A stretch of DNA of 64,000 bases from Phyllobates terribilis. Taxonomy: Eukaryota. Location of the stretch: NCBI RefSeq assembly GCF_046119375.1, contig NW_027362765.1:568974001-569038000 (forward strand), written 5' to 3'. Of the stretch, positions 24,808 through 37,109 are shown piece by piece. Numbering within the stretch: the first letter of the stretch is position 1; each line of letters opens with the position of its first letter. The position numbers were made by a program, and so were the translations under genes. The notes under the pieces were generated by a model. The model was given only the letters and a program-made list of their open reading frames with translations. It was not told the origin of the DNA and made no database searches.

Positions 24808-25959
24808 TGTAGTCTCCATGGCGGCGACCCCGTTCCGCGGCTCAGGGCGGTCAAACCAGTGGCGGAACTATTTATGTGGTTTTGATGTTTAAATGTCCAA
24901 CTACGCCACCCGTGGATTGCGGTCAGAGTGAACCGCCGCTGCAGGGCAGACCGCTGAGGCTGGTGTTGTGGGTGCAGCAGAGCGTAACATAACTCCCCAC
25001 GGGAGGAGTATAGCCTCAGGGCAGTGTATGCGGAGGATGGGGGTGATGGTGCAGGGCAGCAGCAGTAACGACACGGAGTCAGTGATGCAGTCCAGGGCCT
25101 TTACTCACAGTTCTTATTATCCAGACCACGTCTGCAGGTAACGGCTGCCCACGTCGTACTGTGCTCACCAGGTGAGGGGCTCAGACAACTCCCAGATAAC
25201 TTTGGAGCGCTTCACAGGACCCCCTTTGTGTGTCCTTTGTCTGGCCTTTCTTACCAACCCTTCTGTCCGGCTGCCTCGGGCCTCCTCTTGGTAAACTTGG
25301 CGCCAGTTTCCCTGACCCTATGTGGTGCCTTCCTAGCGGATGTAGCGAGGGGCTGCGCCACATAAAATGTCACAGCCTCCGGTTTCTAGCTGAGGGTCGT
25401 TTCCTGCCTCCACTAGTTTCGGGGACCGGTCTCCCCCTTTGGCCTGACCCCTCCACGCAGGTGGATTCGGGCGTGCGGTGGCAACTCGCCCGTCTGCACC
25501 CCTGGGATCCCTTCATTCCTCGTTCCTGGAGCCTTCTCCGCTCCTCTTCCTTCCTTCTCCCTCTTCCAGGCCTGGGCCTCTGTTACTAGGCCCGCCTCCG
25601 GAGCAGAGCTCATGCAGAGCCCCTGCTCCCTGCCACTTCTGCTCAGACTTCTCTGCACTGAACTAAGATGGTGCCCACCTTTTATACTCCCTTCTCAATG
25701 CACCCAGGAACTGCTTCCTCCCTGCTCCTGCACTACAGGGTTCCCCTTCCTCAGTGTTCCCTCCCCCCACTCCAGCCAGGGACAGGGACTGTCGTGCCCA
25801 TCTCAGAGGCATATTGGTCGCCCTGCCCCACGGCAATGTGGTGTAATGCATTCAGGTGTCGGGTCCTGATCCACACTCCATCCTTACCTGAGAGTGAGAT
25901 ATCACACCGCTGGGTGAGGTGCAATACCTCTGTAGCAAGCGAGCCCTCAGGGTGCTACA
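24808..25959 (-). mobile_element. Solo-type LTR (1152 bp), related to the LTRs at 1-4099
   Basis: TGTAGCACC...CTACA ends; shares start and CCTCAGCGG...GGTGGCGTAGT segments with the 2777-4099 LTR; flanking TSD not evident. Confidence 0.75.
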
Positions 25960-26234
25960 GTTCCATTTATCTTCAGCCTAGGTGACGTATTGTGATACAG
26001 GGCCGTGATTTTGGCTATAAAAGGGTCCCCTAGACCCCTACCCCAAGCTTTTTAAGAGAATCATATATGGCGTGCCAGGAGACTCTATGGAATGCTTTCT
26101 CAGCATCCAACGAGAGTATCTAATTACAAATTTTTAACTGCATCTAGCCCAGGAAATACTTTGTGCCTAGTAGCAGTGTCTGCTAGTCAGCGGATTATCC
26201 CGGCTGTTAAGCAAGCTACACCACCTGTTGTTTG

Positions 26235-26496
26235 GACACTTAATTTTTTCAAAGGAAATGCTTCGGGACCACGGGATACTCAGTGAAGAGCATCAGGAGG
26301 CACCCCAAGGCATAGGGGCTGGGACTGGCAGTAGGATGCCTTGCGGTGGACAGCCGAGCTCGATCCTTATAAAAGCTTTTTAACTGCAGCAGCTTTAGTG
26401 GACGCTACTGGAGCTGGAATTACGCGGCTGCTGGCATGAGACTTGCCCTCCAATAGATCCTTGTAAATGGATTTAAAGTGTATTCATTCAAATTAG
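26235..26496 (-). pseudogene. Diverged 18S rRNA fragment (~260 bp)
   Basis: Reverse complement reads ATTGGAGGGCAAGTCT..TGCCAGCAGCCGCG.TAATTCCAGCTCCA...GCAGTTAAAAAGCT...CCCGAAGC...TTTGAAAAAATTA, i.e. conserved 18S core plus the V4 start. Confidence 0.9.
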
Positions 26497-27000
26497 AGAG
26501 ACAATTTAAATTAAAAAGCTTAGAGCTGCCTCCACCACAGGGGGGCTCGCTCGACCCACCAGCGGACAGGCACCAGTATTGGGAGAGGGGGGCTGGCCGT
26601 CTGGGTTCACCGCGGCTCTGGCACAAACCCGGCGACACGGAGGTGGCACGGGCAGGAGCGGACTGAACGTGTCGGCTTCTCACTTTTTGGATTTTAGAAG
26701 GGCATGACATGCCTATATCTGTGTCTCCCCTCCTTTTACTCCTCCACCTCTTTTCTTTTCGCATGACTATATGTACTTGTCACTTTTCCATGTGTTAGTT
26801 GTGTCTTCTGAGCAGTTTGTCAGCTTTTGGACACCTTTGAAGGTGTTTTCTATGTGTTTCTATGTGTTTTTGTTTGCCTGCCATTGGTTTTAACGGTGTT
26901 CGAAGGTGTTCGACGAACAGTTCGACGAACAGTTCGGCAAACACACGGGTGTTCGACGAATCGAACCGAACTCGAACACTACGGGGGTGGCTCAACACTA

Positions 27001-29380
27001 CTCGTTGGCCCAGGCTATACGTCAGAACGTATTGCACAAGGGCTTGTCGGTGCTGCCACAGTCACTGCAACATGTGCAGAGTTGAATTCCACCGTGTCGG
27101 CACATCGCATTTCAGCCGGTGAACTGGCAGGCCCAATGACTTCTGTAGAGATGTAAGTCGTTGAGCTGCGGGATGCGAACGGCGGAAGTGAGCACACAGT
27201 GACCATGTCCTCTGCAGAAAGCCATATAGTCCGGGAAAGTGGGCTAAAAATTGCTGGACAACCAGGTTCAACACATGAGCCATACAAGGCACGTGTGTGA
27301 CATTGCCCCGGCTAAGGGCCGCACCCAGGTTTGCAGCATTGTCGCACACAGCCTTCCCTGGTTTCAGGTCCAGTGGAGACAACCATTCATGAAACTGGGT
27401 CTCCAGAGCTGACCACAACTCCTCAGCTGTGTGACTCACATTTCCCAGACATTTCAAAATTAACAGCACCTGATGCCGTTGAGTCCTGCTGCCAGCATAG
27501 TAAGGAGGTGTGCAGGATTCCTTCTGCGCAGTTAGAAAGCGGGTGGCATTACCAGACAGGCTTTGGGTGCAGGTGGAGGACCGAGAGGAGGTTGAGGAGG
27601 CAGAAGCAGTGGAGGAACTTTGACATAAAGAGGATTGACGTACAACTCGTGGGGACGGCAAGACTTGGACAGCAACCCCTTGTCCTGCTGTCACCATAGT
27701 TACCCAGTGCCCAGTCAGCGACATGTAACGCCCCTGTCCATGCCTACTCGTCCAAGTGTTTGTGGTGAAATGCACCCTGTCACACACAGAGTTTCTCAAA
27801 GAAGCGGTGATGTTGTGTGCGACATTCTGGTGTAGCGCAGGCACACCTTTCTTTGAGAAGTAGTGCCGACTGGGCATCTGGTACTGGGGCACTGCAACGG
27901 ACATAAGGTCTCGAAAATCCTCTGTGTCCACCAGGCAGAAAGGCAGCATTTCTGTAGCCAACAGCTTGCAGATGGTGAAATTCAACCTCTTAGCTTTGTC
28001 GTGGCTAGGAGGAAATGGTCTTTTACTTGTCCACATCTGAAGGACCGAGGGCTGGCTGTTGTGCTTAGACGGGGTTGAGTAGGGTGTCCCCAGCAAACTG
28101 CTGGTCTGTGAGGAAGATGCAGGTGGAAAAGTTAGGTTGCCTTGATCCAAAGGTGGTGCTCTCGATGTCGGAGAGTGCTCAACACCAGCTGGTGTTTCCA
28201 CTTCCAAATGAAATGATGACCTGCCAATCACACTAGCTGTTGCATGTAAAGAGGTGGCAGGTCTGCGTCCAAAAACATGTGTGACTGCTGTCCCCCCAGT
28301 CACAGAGGATGAAGAGGCTGCGGATGCACAAGATGGGGCAGACGGTGGTTAGCCCGACCCGCTAGGCCGCATTGTAGCATATTGAGCTTCCCATTGCAAC
28401 TTATGCTTCATATCCATGTGACGGTTCATGCATGAAGTACTCAAACTATGGATTTTTTGGCCTCTACTTAGCTTTTGGTGACAAATATTACAGATAACAC
28501 GAGTTGGGTCATCCTTTTCGATCTGAAAAAATGCCCAGGCTATGCAAGGCTTAGAGCCCATGCGACCTGAAGAGCCACCACAACTTGTGGTCAGAGGCAG
28601 AGTTGTGGTTGAGGATGCAGTTGTTTACGTGCTTCCACTACTCTGTCTCTGTCCAGGAAAGCACAGCCTAACCTCGTCGTCAATAGTATCCTACTCCACC
28701 TCCTCTGCTGACATCATCGACTGGCTGACTGTGGGTTGAGAGTAAGTGGGATCTCCAACCTCGTCATCATCACCCTGTGTGCTCTCACACCCGTCGTCCT
28801 CAGAGCCAACCTGTTCCTGCCCTGACCGAAAAGTCAAGTTGTTGCTCCAATCAGGTATTTGTGTCTCATCATCGTCTTCATCATTGTCTCCACCAACAGG
28901 AGTTACAGTTTGGGAATGAGGGTCTACCTTATGCTCAGAACCTTCTACATCTGGTCCTGAATCCGACTCATAAAGATTCTGGGCATCAGTGCAGATCATT
29001 TCCTCGTCTGGATTAACAGAAGCTCTGGAGCAGACCTCCGTTGCCCAGGCTATAGTATGAGTGAACAGCTGAGCAGACTCAACCATCTGTGTTACCCCAT
29101 ACTCAGACGGGCAGCTGGAGACTTGGGAGCTGTGAGGAAGCAAGTGCGATTGGGGTGACACCTCTGAGGACTGGAGTATTTGTGATGTTGAAGTTGATGT
29201 AGAGGAGAGCCCACTTGAAGGAGCACTTGATATCCGTTGAAGCACCTGATGTTTTTGTGCCTCATCTGGAATTTGTAGCGATGGGTGTGTCCGTAAGAAA
29301 GGGATCGTATCACATTGTCCACGAAAAGACGTAGACATCTTAGTTTGGCTGGAAGATGGTCTTTCTTCTGCAGATGTTAC
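27001..29380 (-). pseudogene. Older hAT copy: transposase N-terminal/central part; 5' end missing
   Basis: ORF pieces 27062-28303, 28349-28561 and 28691-29392 are collinear with the transposases of copies A and B. Confidence 0.9.
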
Positions 29381-29769
29381 TTTCCCCCCCACCGCGGGGG
29401 GGCTCGACCCACCAGCGGATGACAGGCACCAGTATTGGGAGAGGGGGGATGGCCGTCAGGGTCCACCGCGGCTCTGGCACAAACCCGGCGACACGGGTAG
29501 GAACGGACTGGCCGTGTCGTCTTCGCACTCCAGCGTAGTCCCTCTGCCCTCTCGCGCCCGTAACCTCAAAGGGATGCGCAAGTGGCTTTTCTTCCCAGGG
29601 CTGTTTACTGCCCAGCAGAAACGTGGGGGAGCTCAGGTCAGCCTTCCACTGTACTCCCTTACCTCCCTCGCCCTCTTTCCTTTGCCCATTCTCCATATAA
29701 CCCTTCGGCTCTGTGGTGTCTGCTCTCCCTCCAGCTCTCTCCTTCTCACAGGTGGACTAACGCGTGTAT

Positions 29770-30150
29770 TCACTCTGGGGCGAATCTTTTGGGCCCAGGC
29801 ATAAGAAGTTGTCGAGGTAATGGATAATATGTGCCCCCTTAGAAATGTCCATTACAACCCATTCGAGGAAGCAACTAAATGCCTCAAATAGTGAGCAGGA
29901 TCTGGACCACCCCATGGGCAAACAGCGATCTATATAGTATGCTCCTTCCCAGAAGCAGCCCAATAGGTGGACACTATTCGGAGGCACAGGTAGTGAGTTA
30001 CCGGAATGCCGCATCAATGTCTATTTTGGCCATTAGGGTGACCCTTCCCAACTTCTTGATCCGCCTGATTGCCTTGTCAAAGGATGTACAGTATACACTA
30101 CTCACAACGGGGATACCACTACGTCTTGTAAGGAAAGTGTTCTGAATGGA
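29770..30150 (-). pseudogene. Ngaro/DIRS reverse transcriptase fragment
   Basis: YYIDRCLPMG.S.SC..FE.FS.FLEW...HYLDNFL (YLDD-like). Confidence 0.85.
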
Positions 30151-30244
30151 ACCGCCATTCTACCTAAAGATATTTATTTTTTTAATTTTCTTGTCACGAC
30201 GTCTGGGTGTTGGTAGGCTGATTTTAGATTTTTACTCCAGCCTT

Positions 30245-30545
30245 TCTTGATTTTAGAAGGACATGACATGCCTATATCTGTGTCTCCCCCTCCTTTTACT
30301 CCTCCACCTCTTTTCTTTTCGCATGACTATATGTACTTGTCACTTTTCCATGTGGTAGTTGTGTCTTCTGAGCAGTTTGTCATCTTTTGGACACCTTTGA
30401 AGGTGTTTTCTATGTGTCTCTATGTGTTTTTGTTTGCCTGCCATTGGTTTTAACGGTGTTCGACGAACAGTTCGACGAACAGTTCGGCGAACATACCGGT
30501 GTTCGACGAACCGAACCCGGACAATACGGGGGTGGCTCAACACTA
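30245..30545 (+). mobile_element. Orphan hAT terminal segment
   Basis: Near-copy of 26690-27000 ending GGGGTGGCTCAACACTA. Confidence 0.85.
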
Positions 30546-30629
30546 ATCTGGATGATATTTCATTGTATGTAGCTATGTTATGTATGGGCGAAGCGCTAAT
30601 GATACTAAGGTTACATGTCATATGTCATA

Positions 30630-31460
30630 CTCTGTGATTGATAACCTATTCTAATACCGTGTTTCATGTTCCAGATAAAGGAATTGCACTTATCCTCATC
30701 TCCTCACATCCCTTCTGTACTCCGTTATCCTCCCTGACGGTGGAACGCACTTTGGCCATCCTATCCCCGCAGTGGAACGCATCTTACTAATGCAGAATGC
30801 CACTTCCTGGTCCCTGGAATGCACCAGCGCGTCGGTTGACACGCACGCACGCGCGCATGAGCGACCCCGGACCAATCAGATGCTAGCACCCTTATTCTCG
30901 CATCACTTCCGGTGACGTCATTGGCTTTAGCGCTAGATTCCAGCGCACACAGCTCTTTTCATTGGCGGGTAGCCAAGATTAAACCCTCCACTTATAGGAT
31001 ATATAAACTTGCCAATATGGTGCACACAATGCACATTACCAGCGGTGGATACCGCGGTCCATGCAGCACTATTCCCTATGTTTGGCACACAAGGTATGTT
31101 TATTTCCCCTATAGACCTTACCCCACTACACCCCTATTTGTCATCCTATCGCCTTACAACATGCGCTTTTTCCATAGAAATCCCTGCACTGGGACACCTC
31201 TCCTTCCTTATCCTTGCCCTCTCTTTCCAGTAATTGGGTAGGTTACTTAAATCTGCTTCTCTGTAGGATATTAGAAATTATTGACACTTAGACCTATTCT
31301 TCTGTAATGTCCTGTAAATGTAATGTTGTATTTTATATTTTGTACTCTATATCTGTTCATTTTTTGTTTACATGCAGTACACTGATGAAGGTCTTGTCGA
31401 CCGAAACGTCTATTACTGTGGACTGCAAATAATATATCAAATTATACCATTTGGTGTGCT
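30630..31460 (+). mobile_element. Probable Penelope-like element terminal region
   Basis: Contains a minimal hammerhead near its 3' end followed by an A-rich tract and GGTGTGC; no ORF recognised. Confidence 0.5.
31375..31418 (+). ncRNA. Type I minimal hammerhead ribozyme
   Basis: CAGTA-CA-CTGATGA-A-GGTC-TTGTC-GACC-GAAAC-GTC-TAT-TACTG: both core boxes, a 4-bp stem II, stem I CAGTA/TACTG; predicted cleavage after C31410. Confidence 0.8.
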
Positions 31461-31559
31461 GAGGTTATCATTATATCTTCAAGGCTTTGGACCCAACTCA
31501 TGCACACAGGTCCAGTAGTGCTGCGTTTTCTTTCATTACTGTGATTATGATTAAACCTT

Positions 31560-34170
31560 CTTTCCTCCAGAAGTAGAAGATGCCCCCTTGTCCTCGTCTC
31601 AGGCCTCAGAGTAATAAGATCAGTAGAAAGGTCTTTGTACTGTCCCCTCATATACTGTACTTGTACATAGTAATAAGATCACCCCTAAGCCTTCATTTTT
31701 CCAAACTAAATAACCCCCAGTGTAATAATCTGTCTTGGTATTGCAGACCACCCAGTCCTCTAATAACCTTGGTCGCTCTTCTCTGCACCCGCTCTAGTTC
31801 AGCTATGTCTTTCTTATACACCGGAGACCAGAACTGTACACAGTATTCTAAGTGTGGTCGCACTAGTGACTTGTATAGAGGTAATATTATGCTCTCATCA
31901 TGAGCACCTTTTTTAATGCACCCCAATGTTTTATTTGCCTTTGCAGCAGCTGCCTGACACTGGCCACCAAACGTGAGCTTGTCGTCCACCAATACACCCA
32001 GGTCTTTTTCATTTTTTTCCAGTGTTTTACAATAAAGCAGATAATTATACATTTTATTTCCTCTGCCCAAGTGCATTACCTTACATTTAACCCCATTAAA
32101 GCTCATTTGCCATTTATCAGCCCAAGCTTCTAGTTTACATAGATCCTCCTGTAATATAAAATTGTCCTCCTCTGTATTTATTATCTTGCAGAGTTTAGTG
32201 TCATCTGCAAATATTGAAATATTACTCTGTATGCCCCCTACAAGGTCATTAATAAATACGTTAAAAAGAAGCGGGCCCAATACTGACCCCTGTGGTACCC
32301 CACTGTTAACTGTGACCCAGTCTGAGTGTGTTCCATTAATAACCACCCTTTGTTTCCTATCACTGAGCCAGTTCTTAATCCACTTACATATATTTTCCCC
32401 TATCCACATTGCTCTCATTTTATGTATCAACCTTTTGTGTGGAACCGTATCAAAAACTTTTGCAAAGTCCATATACACTACATCAACTGCATTTCCTTGG
32501 AACAGTCCGGAACTTACCTCTTCATAAAAGCTGATCAGATTGACAGGAACGGTCCCTCGTAAACCCATGTTGATATTGGGTCATGAGATTATTCTTCTTC
32601 AGATACTTTAGTATGGCATCTCTTAGGAAATCCTCCAGGATTTTACCCACAGTAGAGGTTAAGCTTACTGGCCTATAATTTTCAAGTTCGGTTTTTGCCC
32701 CCTTTTTGAATATTGGCACCACATTTGCTATACGCCAGTTGTGTGGTACAGACCCTGTTATTATGAAATCTTTAAAGCTTAAAATTAATGGCTTATCTAT
32801 GACTTTACTTAATTCCTGCAGTACTCGCGGGTGTATCCCATCTGGGCCCGGGGATTTTGTCAACTTTAGCGATGTTTAGAAGCCGCCGTATTTCCTGCTG
32901 GGTTAAGCAAGTGACATTTAATGGAGAATTTTTGTTATCACTGATCATGTATTCTGTCATGCGATTTTCTTGTGTAAATACTGTTAAAAAAAAATCATTT
33001 AGTATATTGGCTCTTTCCTCACCCTCATCCACCATTTCACACAGACTATTTTTAAGGGGGCCAACACTATCATTTTTTTGTTTCTTACTATTTATACAGT
33101 TAAAGAATATTTTGGGGTTATTTTTACTTTCTCTGGCAATGAGTGTCTCTGTCTCAATCTTTGCTGTCTTGATTTTGTTTTTACAGAATTTATTTAATTT
33201 TCTGTATTTATTTAATGCCTCATCACTACCTACTTGCTTTAGTTCTCTAAATGCTTTTTTTTGTCACTTATTGAGCCCATTACAGCTCTATTTAGCCATA
33301 GTGGTTTCCTCCTATTTCTAGCATGTTTATTCCCATAGGGTATATATTGTGCACAGGTCCTATTCAGGATGCTAATAAATATCTCCCATTTACTTTGTGT
33401 AGTTTTATGTCTCAGGATATCGTCCCAGTTTATTGCACAAAGATCATCTCTCAACCGTTGTAAATTTGTCTTCCTGAAGTTTAGTGTCCTTGTAACCTCA
33501 CTACTACACATCTTATTAAAGGATACATGAAAACGTATTATTTTGTGATCACTATTACCCAAGTGACCCCCAACTCGTATATTTAATATGTGGCCTGTTG
33601 GTTAATATTAGTTCTAGCAGTGCCCCCCTTCTTGCTGGGTCCTGAACCAGTTGTGAAAGGTAATTGTCTCTCATAGTTGTCAAAAACCAATTATCTTTGC
33701 TGGAACTATAGGTTTCTGTTCCCCAATGTATTTCAGGGTAGTTAACCCCCATAATAATGACTTCTCCTTGAGTCGCTGCTTCATCTATTTGCTTTATGAG
33801 GATATTCTCTGCTGCTTCCATTATTTTTGGAGACTTATAACAAATCCCTATCAGTAATTTAATATTTTTTTCCCCTCCCCTTATCTCCACCCACAGGGAC
33901 TCTACATTTTCATCAGGTTCACATATATTCTCACGCAAGATGGATTTTAAGAATGATTTTACATATAAACACACACCCCCCCTCACTTGTTTGCACGGTC
34001 ATTTCTGAACAGACTATAGCCTTGTAAATTAACTGCCCAGTCATGGCTCTTGTTCAGACATGTCTTAGATATCCCCACCATGTCACAATTATTTACCAAC
34101 AAAATTAATTCTAATTCCTCCATTTTGTTGGTGAGGCTTTTGGCATTAGTGTACATGCATTTTATGTATC
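31560..34170 (-). pseudogene. CR1 ORF2 (APE endonuclease + RT), frameshifted
   Basis: CMYTNAKSL, GGVCLYVK, SDHKII, KSPGPDGIHP, GVPQGSVLGP, FADDTK motifs. Confidence 0.92.
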
Positions 34171-34298
34171 TCTCTGTAACTCTATTCCTTCTTACTATAT
34201 TGACTTTACTAACCCCACCTCCAATTTCTTTATTTGTGCCCAGGTCACTATCTACACTATCTTCTCCACCTATAAAATGAATACCCTCCCCCCAATCC

Positions 34299-35272
34299 CT
34301 AGTTTAAACACTCCTCCAACCTTCTAGCCATTTTGTCCCCTAGCACAGCTGCACCCTCCCCATTGAGATGCAGCCCATCCCTAGCATAGTACCTGTAGCC
34401 AACTGAGAAGTTGGCCCAGTTCTCCAGGAACCCAAACCCCTCCTTCCTACACCAATTCCTGAGCCACTTATTTATCTCCCTAATCTCCAATTGCCTTTCT
34501 AGTGTGGCATGTGGTACAGGCAGTATTTCAGAGAATACCACCTTGGAGGTCCATGCTTTAAGATGCAGCCTAATTCCCTGAAATCATCTTTAAGGACCTT
34601 CCAGCTACTTCTAACTCCAACCAATGTGCACCATGACCGCTGGATCCTCATTAGCCCCTCCCAGTAATCTGTCAACCTTATCAGCGATGTGCTTAACTCG
34701 AGAACCAGGTAGGCAGCACACTGTTCGACGATCCCTGTCTTTGTGCCAGATTGCCCTATCTGTTCCCCTAATAATTGAGTCTCTCACCACCAGCACCTGC
34801 CTGGCCTGCCCTGCTCTCCTATTTTCCCCCTTACTGGAGCTGACACTCCTCTGGATTTCAGAGGACATGCCTTGCTGCAGCAGTGCTACCCCTGTACTGA
34901 CACCCCCCCTCATCTGCCAACTTTGCAACTTATTGGGGTGTGCCAGATCAGGACTAGCCTCCCTGGGACTCTTCCCTCTACCCCCCTTCTAACTGTCACC
35001 CAGCTAGCTACCTCGCTGTCCTGCAGCTCCATACTACCATCCTCCCCCACATCTACTCCAGTGAGCAGCGGCTCAGTTAGCAGCAGACTCCTTTCCAAAT
35101 TGTGTATGGATCTCAGTGTTGCCAGCTGCTCATTTAAATCCAGTACCTGGGCTTCCAAACGCACAACGTGCTCACATCTCGCACAGCAGTATGCACCCAC
35201 GATCGGCTGTTCAAGGATTGCATACATGTGGCAAGATGTACACTGGATAGCATTGTTAATAATGGAACTCAT
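34299..35272 (-). pseudogene. CR1 ORF1 (zinc finger, coiled coil, SGNH esterase), frameshifted
   Basis: CTSC...CARC; DSIIRG, CLPG, VHIG, DGLHLN motifs. Confidence 0.88.
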
Positions 35273-35523
35273 TTCCTAGTGGGGATTGCACTAGACATAA
35301 ATGTAAAGTAAAAAGAAATGTAAAGAATTAATAAAATTTGGACAGCAATTCTGTCCAAATTCCTCCCTTCTAAACTCCCTGAATCCAAAGTCACTGAATC
35401 ACAAGTCACACACTTACTACTGTTCGCACTTACGCTCCGGTCACACTAAGGAAGAAGATTTAAGGAGTTTTTTTTTTTTCCCTTTAGCAGCAATCTAACC
35501 TACAGCTCAATGCACTTCCCACT

Positions 35524-36310
35524 TAACCCCTTAAGTGAGCACCATAAAAAATAAATTAAAAACAAGGCAATAAACTATGCTTTTTCATCATACCACTGAA
35601 CAAAAAAGTGAAATAAAACCCAATCAAAAAGTTTAATGTAAATAAAGATGTTATAGTTGAAAATGTCATCTTGTCCTGCAAAAACAAGCCACCATACAGC
35701 ACCATCAATGCAAAAATAAAATAGATATAGCGCTCAGAATTAGACAATGCAAAAACAATTCTTTTTTTCTATAAAATAGTTTTTATTGTGTAAAAGCGCC
35801 AAAACATAAAAAATATATAACTATGGTATCACTGTAATCATACTGACTTGAAGAATACAGTTGTCTTATCACTTTTACCACAGTGAATGGCATAATAAAA
35901 AACCCAAAAAACTATTTTTGAATTGCTGTTTTTTGTTCCTTCTGCCTCTCAAAAATCATAATAGAAAGCAATGCAAAAACATTATATGACTGAAAATGGT
36001 CCCACAAAAAAATCAACTTGTCCTGCAAAAAACAAGCTCTCATATGACTCTGTTGACAAATTTATGGGGAAATATAATATCAAAATATGGTGATGGAAAA
36101 TTTTGTGTCACAATAAAAACCATCTTTTAGTGTGTGGTAGCAGCCAAATATAAAAAATCTACATAAATATGGTATTGATGAAATCACAGCGACCTGTAGA
36201 ATAAAGTAGTCTAACTACTTGTACTGCACAAGGAATGGCATAAAAAAATAAAATAAAACCAACTATTCACCTGCTGTAGATTTGTTCATTCTGCCTCACA
36301 AAGATCGTAG
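35524..36310. mobile_element. AT-rich non-autonomous DNA element remnant, possibly piggyBac-like
   Basis: Begins TTAACCCCTT; internal duplicated modules (CTTGTCCTGCAAAAACAAGC twice; ATGGTAT...GAATGGCATAA...TTCTGCCTC twice). Confidence 0.4.
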
Positions 36311-37109
36311 TAGGGTTACGGCACACTTTTATCCTGCGCTCTACGCTGAGCACCTACATAGGAGTTTTTGTGTAAATCTCAGAAATACATGATTCAGAAG
36401 GAACCTACAACAGAAGTTTCACTATAATGAAGCAGATGGAGACACTGTGGACACCGTCTGTCCTATGATCCGTTGGCGTCTGTCCTTTTAAGCATGCATA
36501 AAAGCACGATCAACCACAGTTTTGTGCACCTCTGAACAGAGTCCATACGGAGTAATAGTAATTTAAGCCCAGGAATGGTTTGAAAATGAATAAACTATCA
36601 TACTCTCCTAGCCCTTTACCTATCCCTGATGCCAAGGCTCCCCATTGGTTCTCTGCAGGCTCCTAAGGCCCCACTCCAGATCTGATCTCCTATTCATTTG
36701 TAGCCAGTGATTTGCCCCATAATGCCACCATTGTGGGGAGTGACATGTGCTATTATGTCATAATGTTAAAATGTGCATTTTTTGTTTAGGTGCACTGGGA
36801 AGGTTGGAGAAAAGTGAAAATAAGCCTGGATCATATGATTATGAGTGCTAAAGCATAAGAAAGTTTGACCAAAAATAAATATCAGAATCAGAATTTCTTT
36901 CACCATTGGGTGATTTCTCATCACCTTCTTTGCTGACAATGCAGCTCCTCTGAAGTGAGACGGAGGCAAATTTTCACCACCTAATAACAAATGCAATGAG
37001 ACCAGCATGGATGCTTAAAGTGTCCCAATTTAACCACATACTATACTTCTATTTCACATATCTTTTGTACTAAGTCAAATGAATAAATAAATTAGGTCAC
37101 ATCTAATAT

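Larger units (their letters stand above)
13776..27000 (+). mobile_element. Composite hAT transposon, copy A (13.2 kb)
   Basis: Ends TAGAGATGAGC / GCTCAACACTA; 8-bp TSD CTCGTTGG at 13768-13775 and 27001-27008; splits a transposase gene at the GQRDPEVGQ codons. Confidence 0.95.
31520..35521 (-). mobile_element. Near full-length CR1 LINE (disabled)
   Basis: ORF1 zinc finger + SGNH esterase, then ORF2 endonuclease + RT in order; CR1-type 3' region ACAAGGGGGCAT. Confidence 0.93.

Noticed and set aside
26235-26496. Functional 18S rRNA gene or contamination
   Set aside because: Only ~260 bp, substituted at normally invariant positions, and embedded at the same place in two transposon copies.
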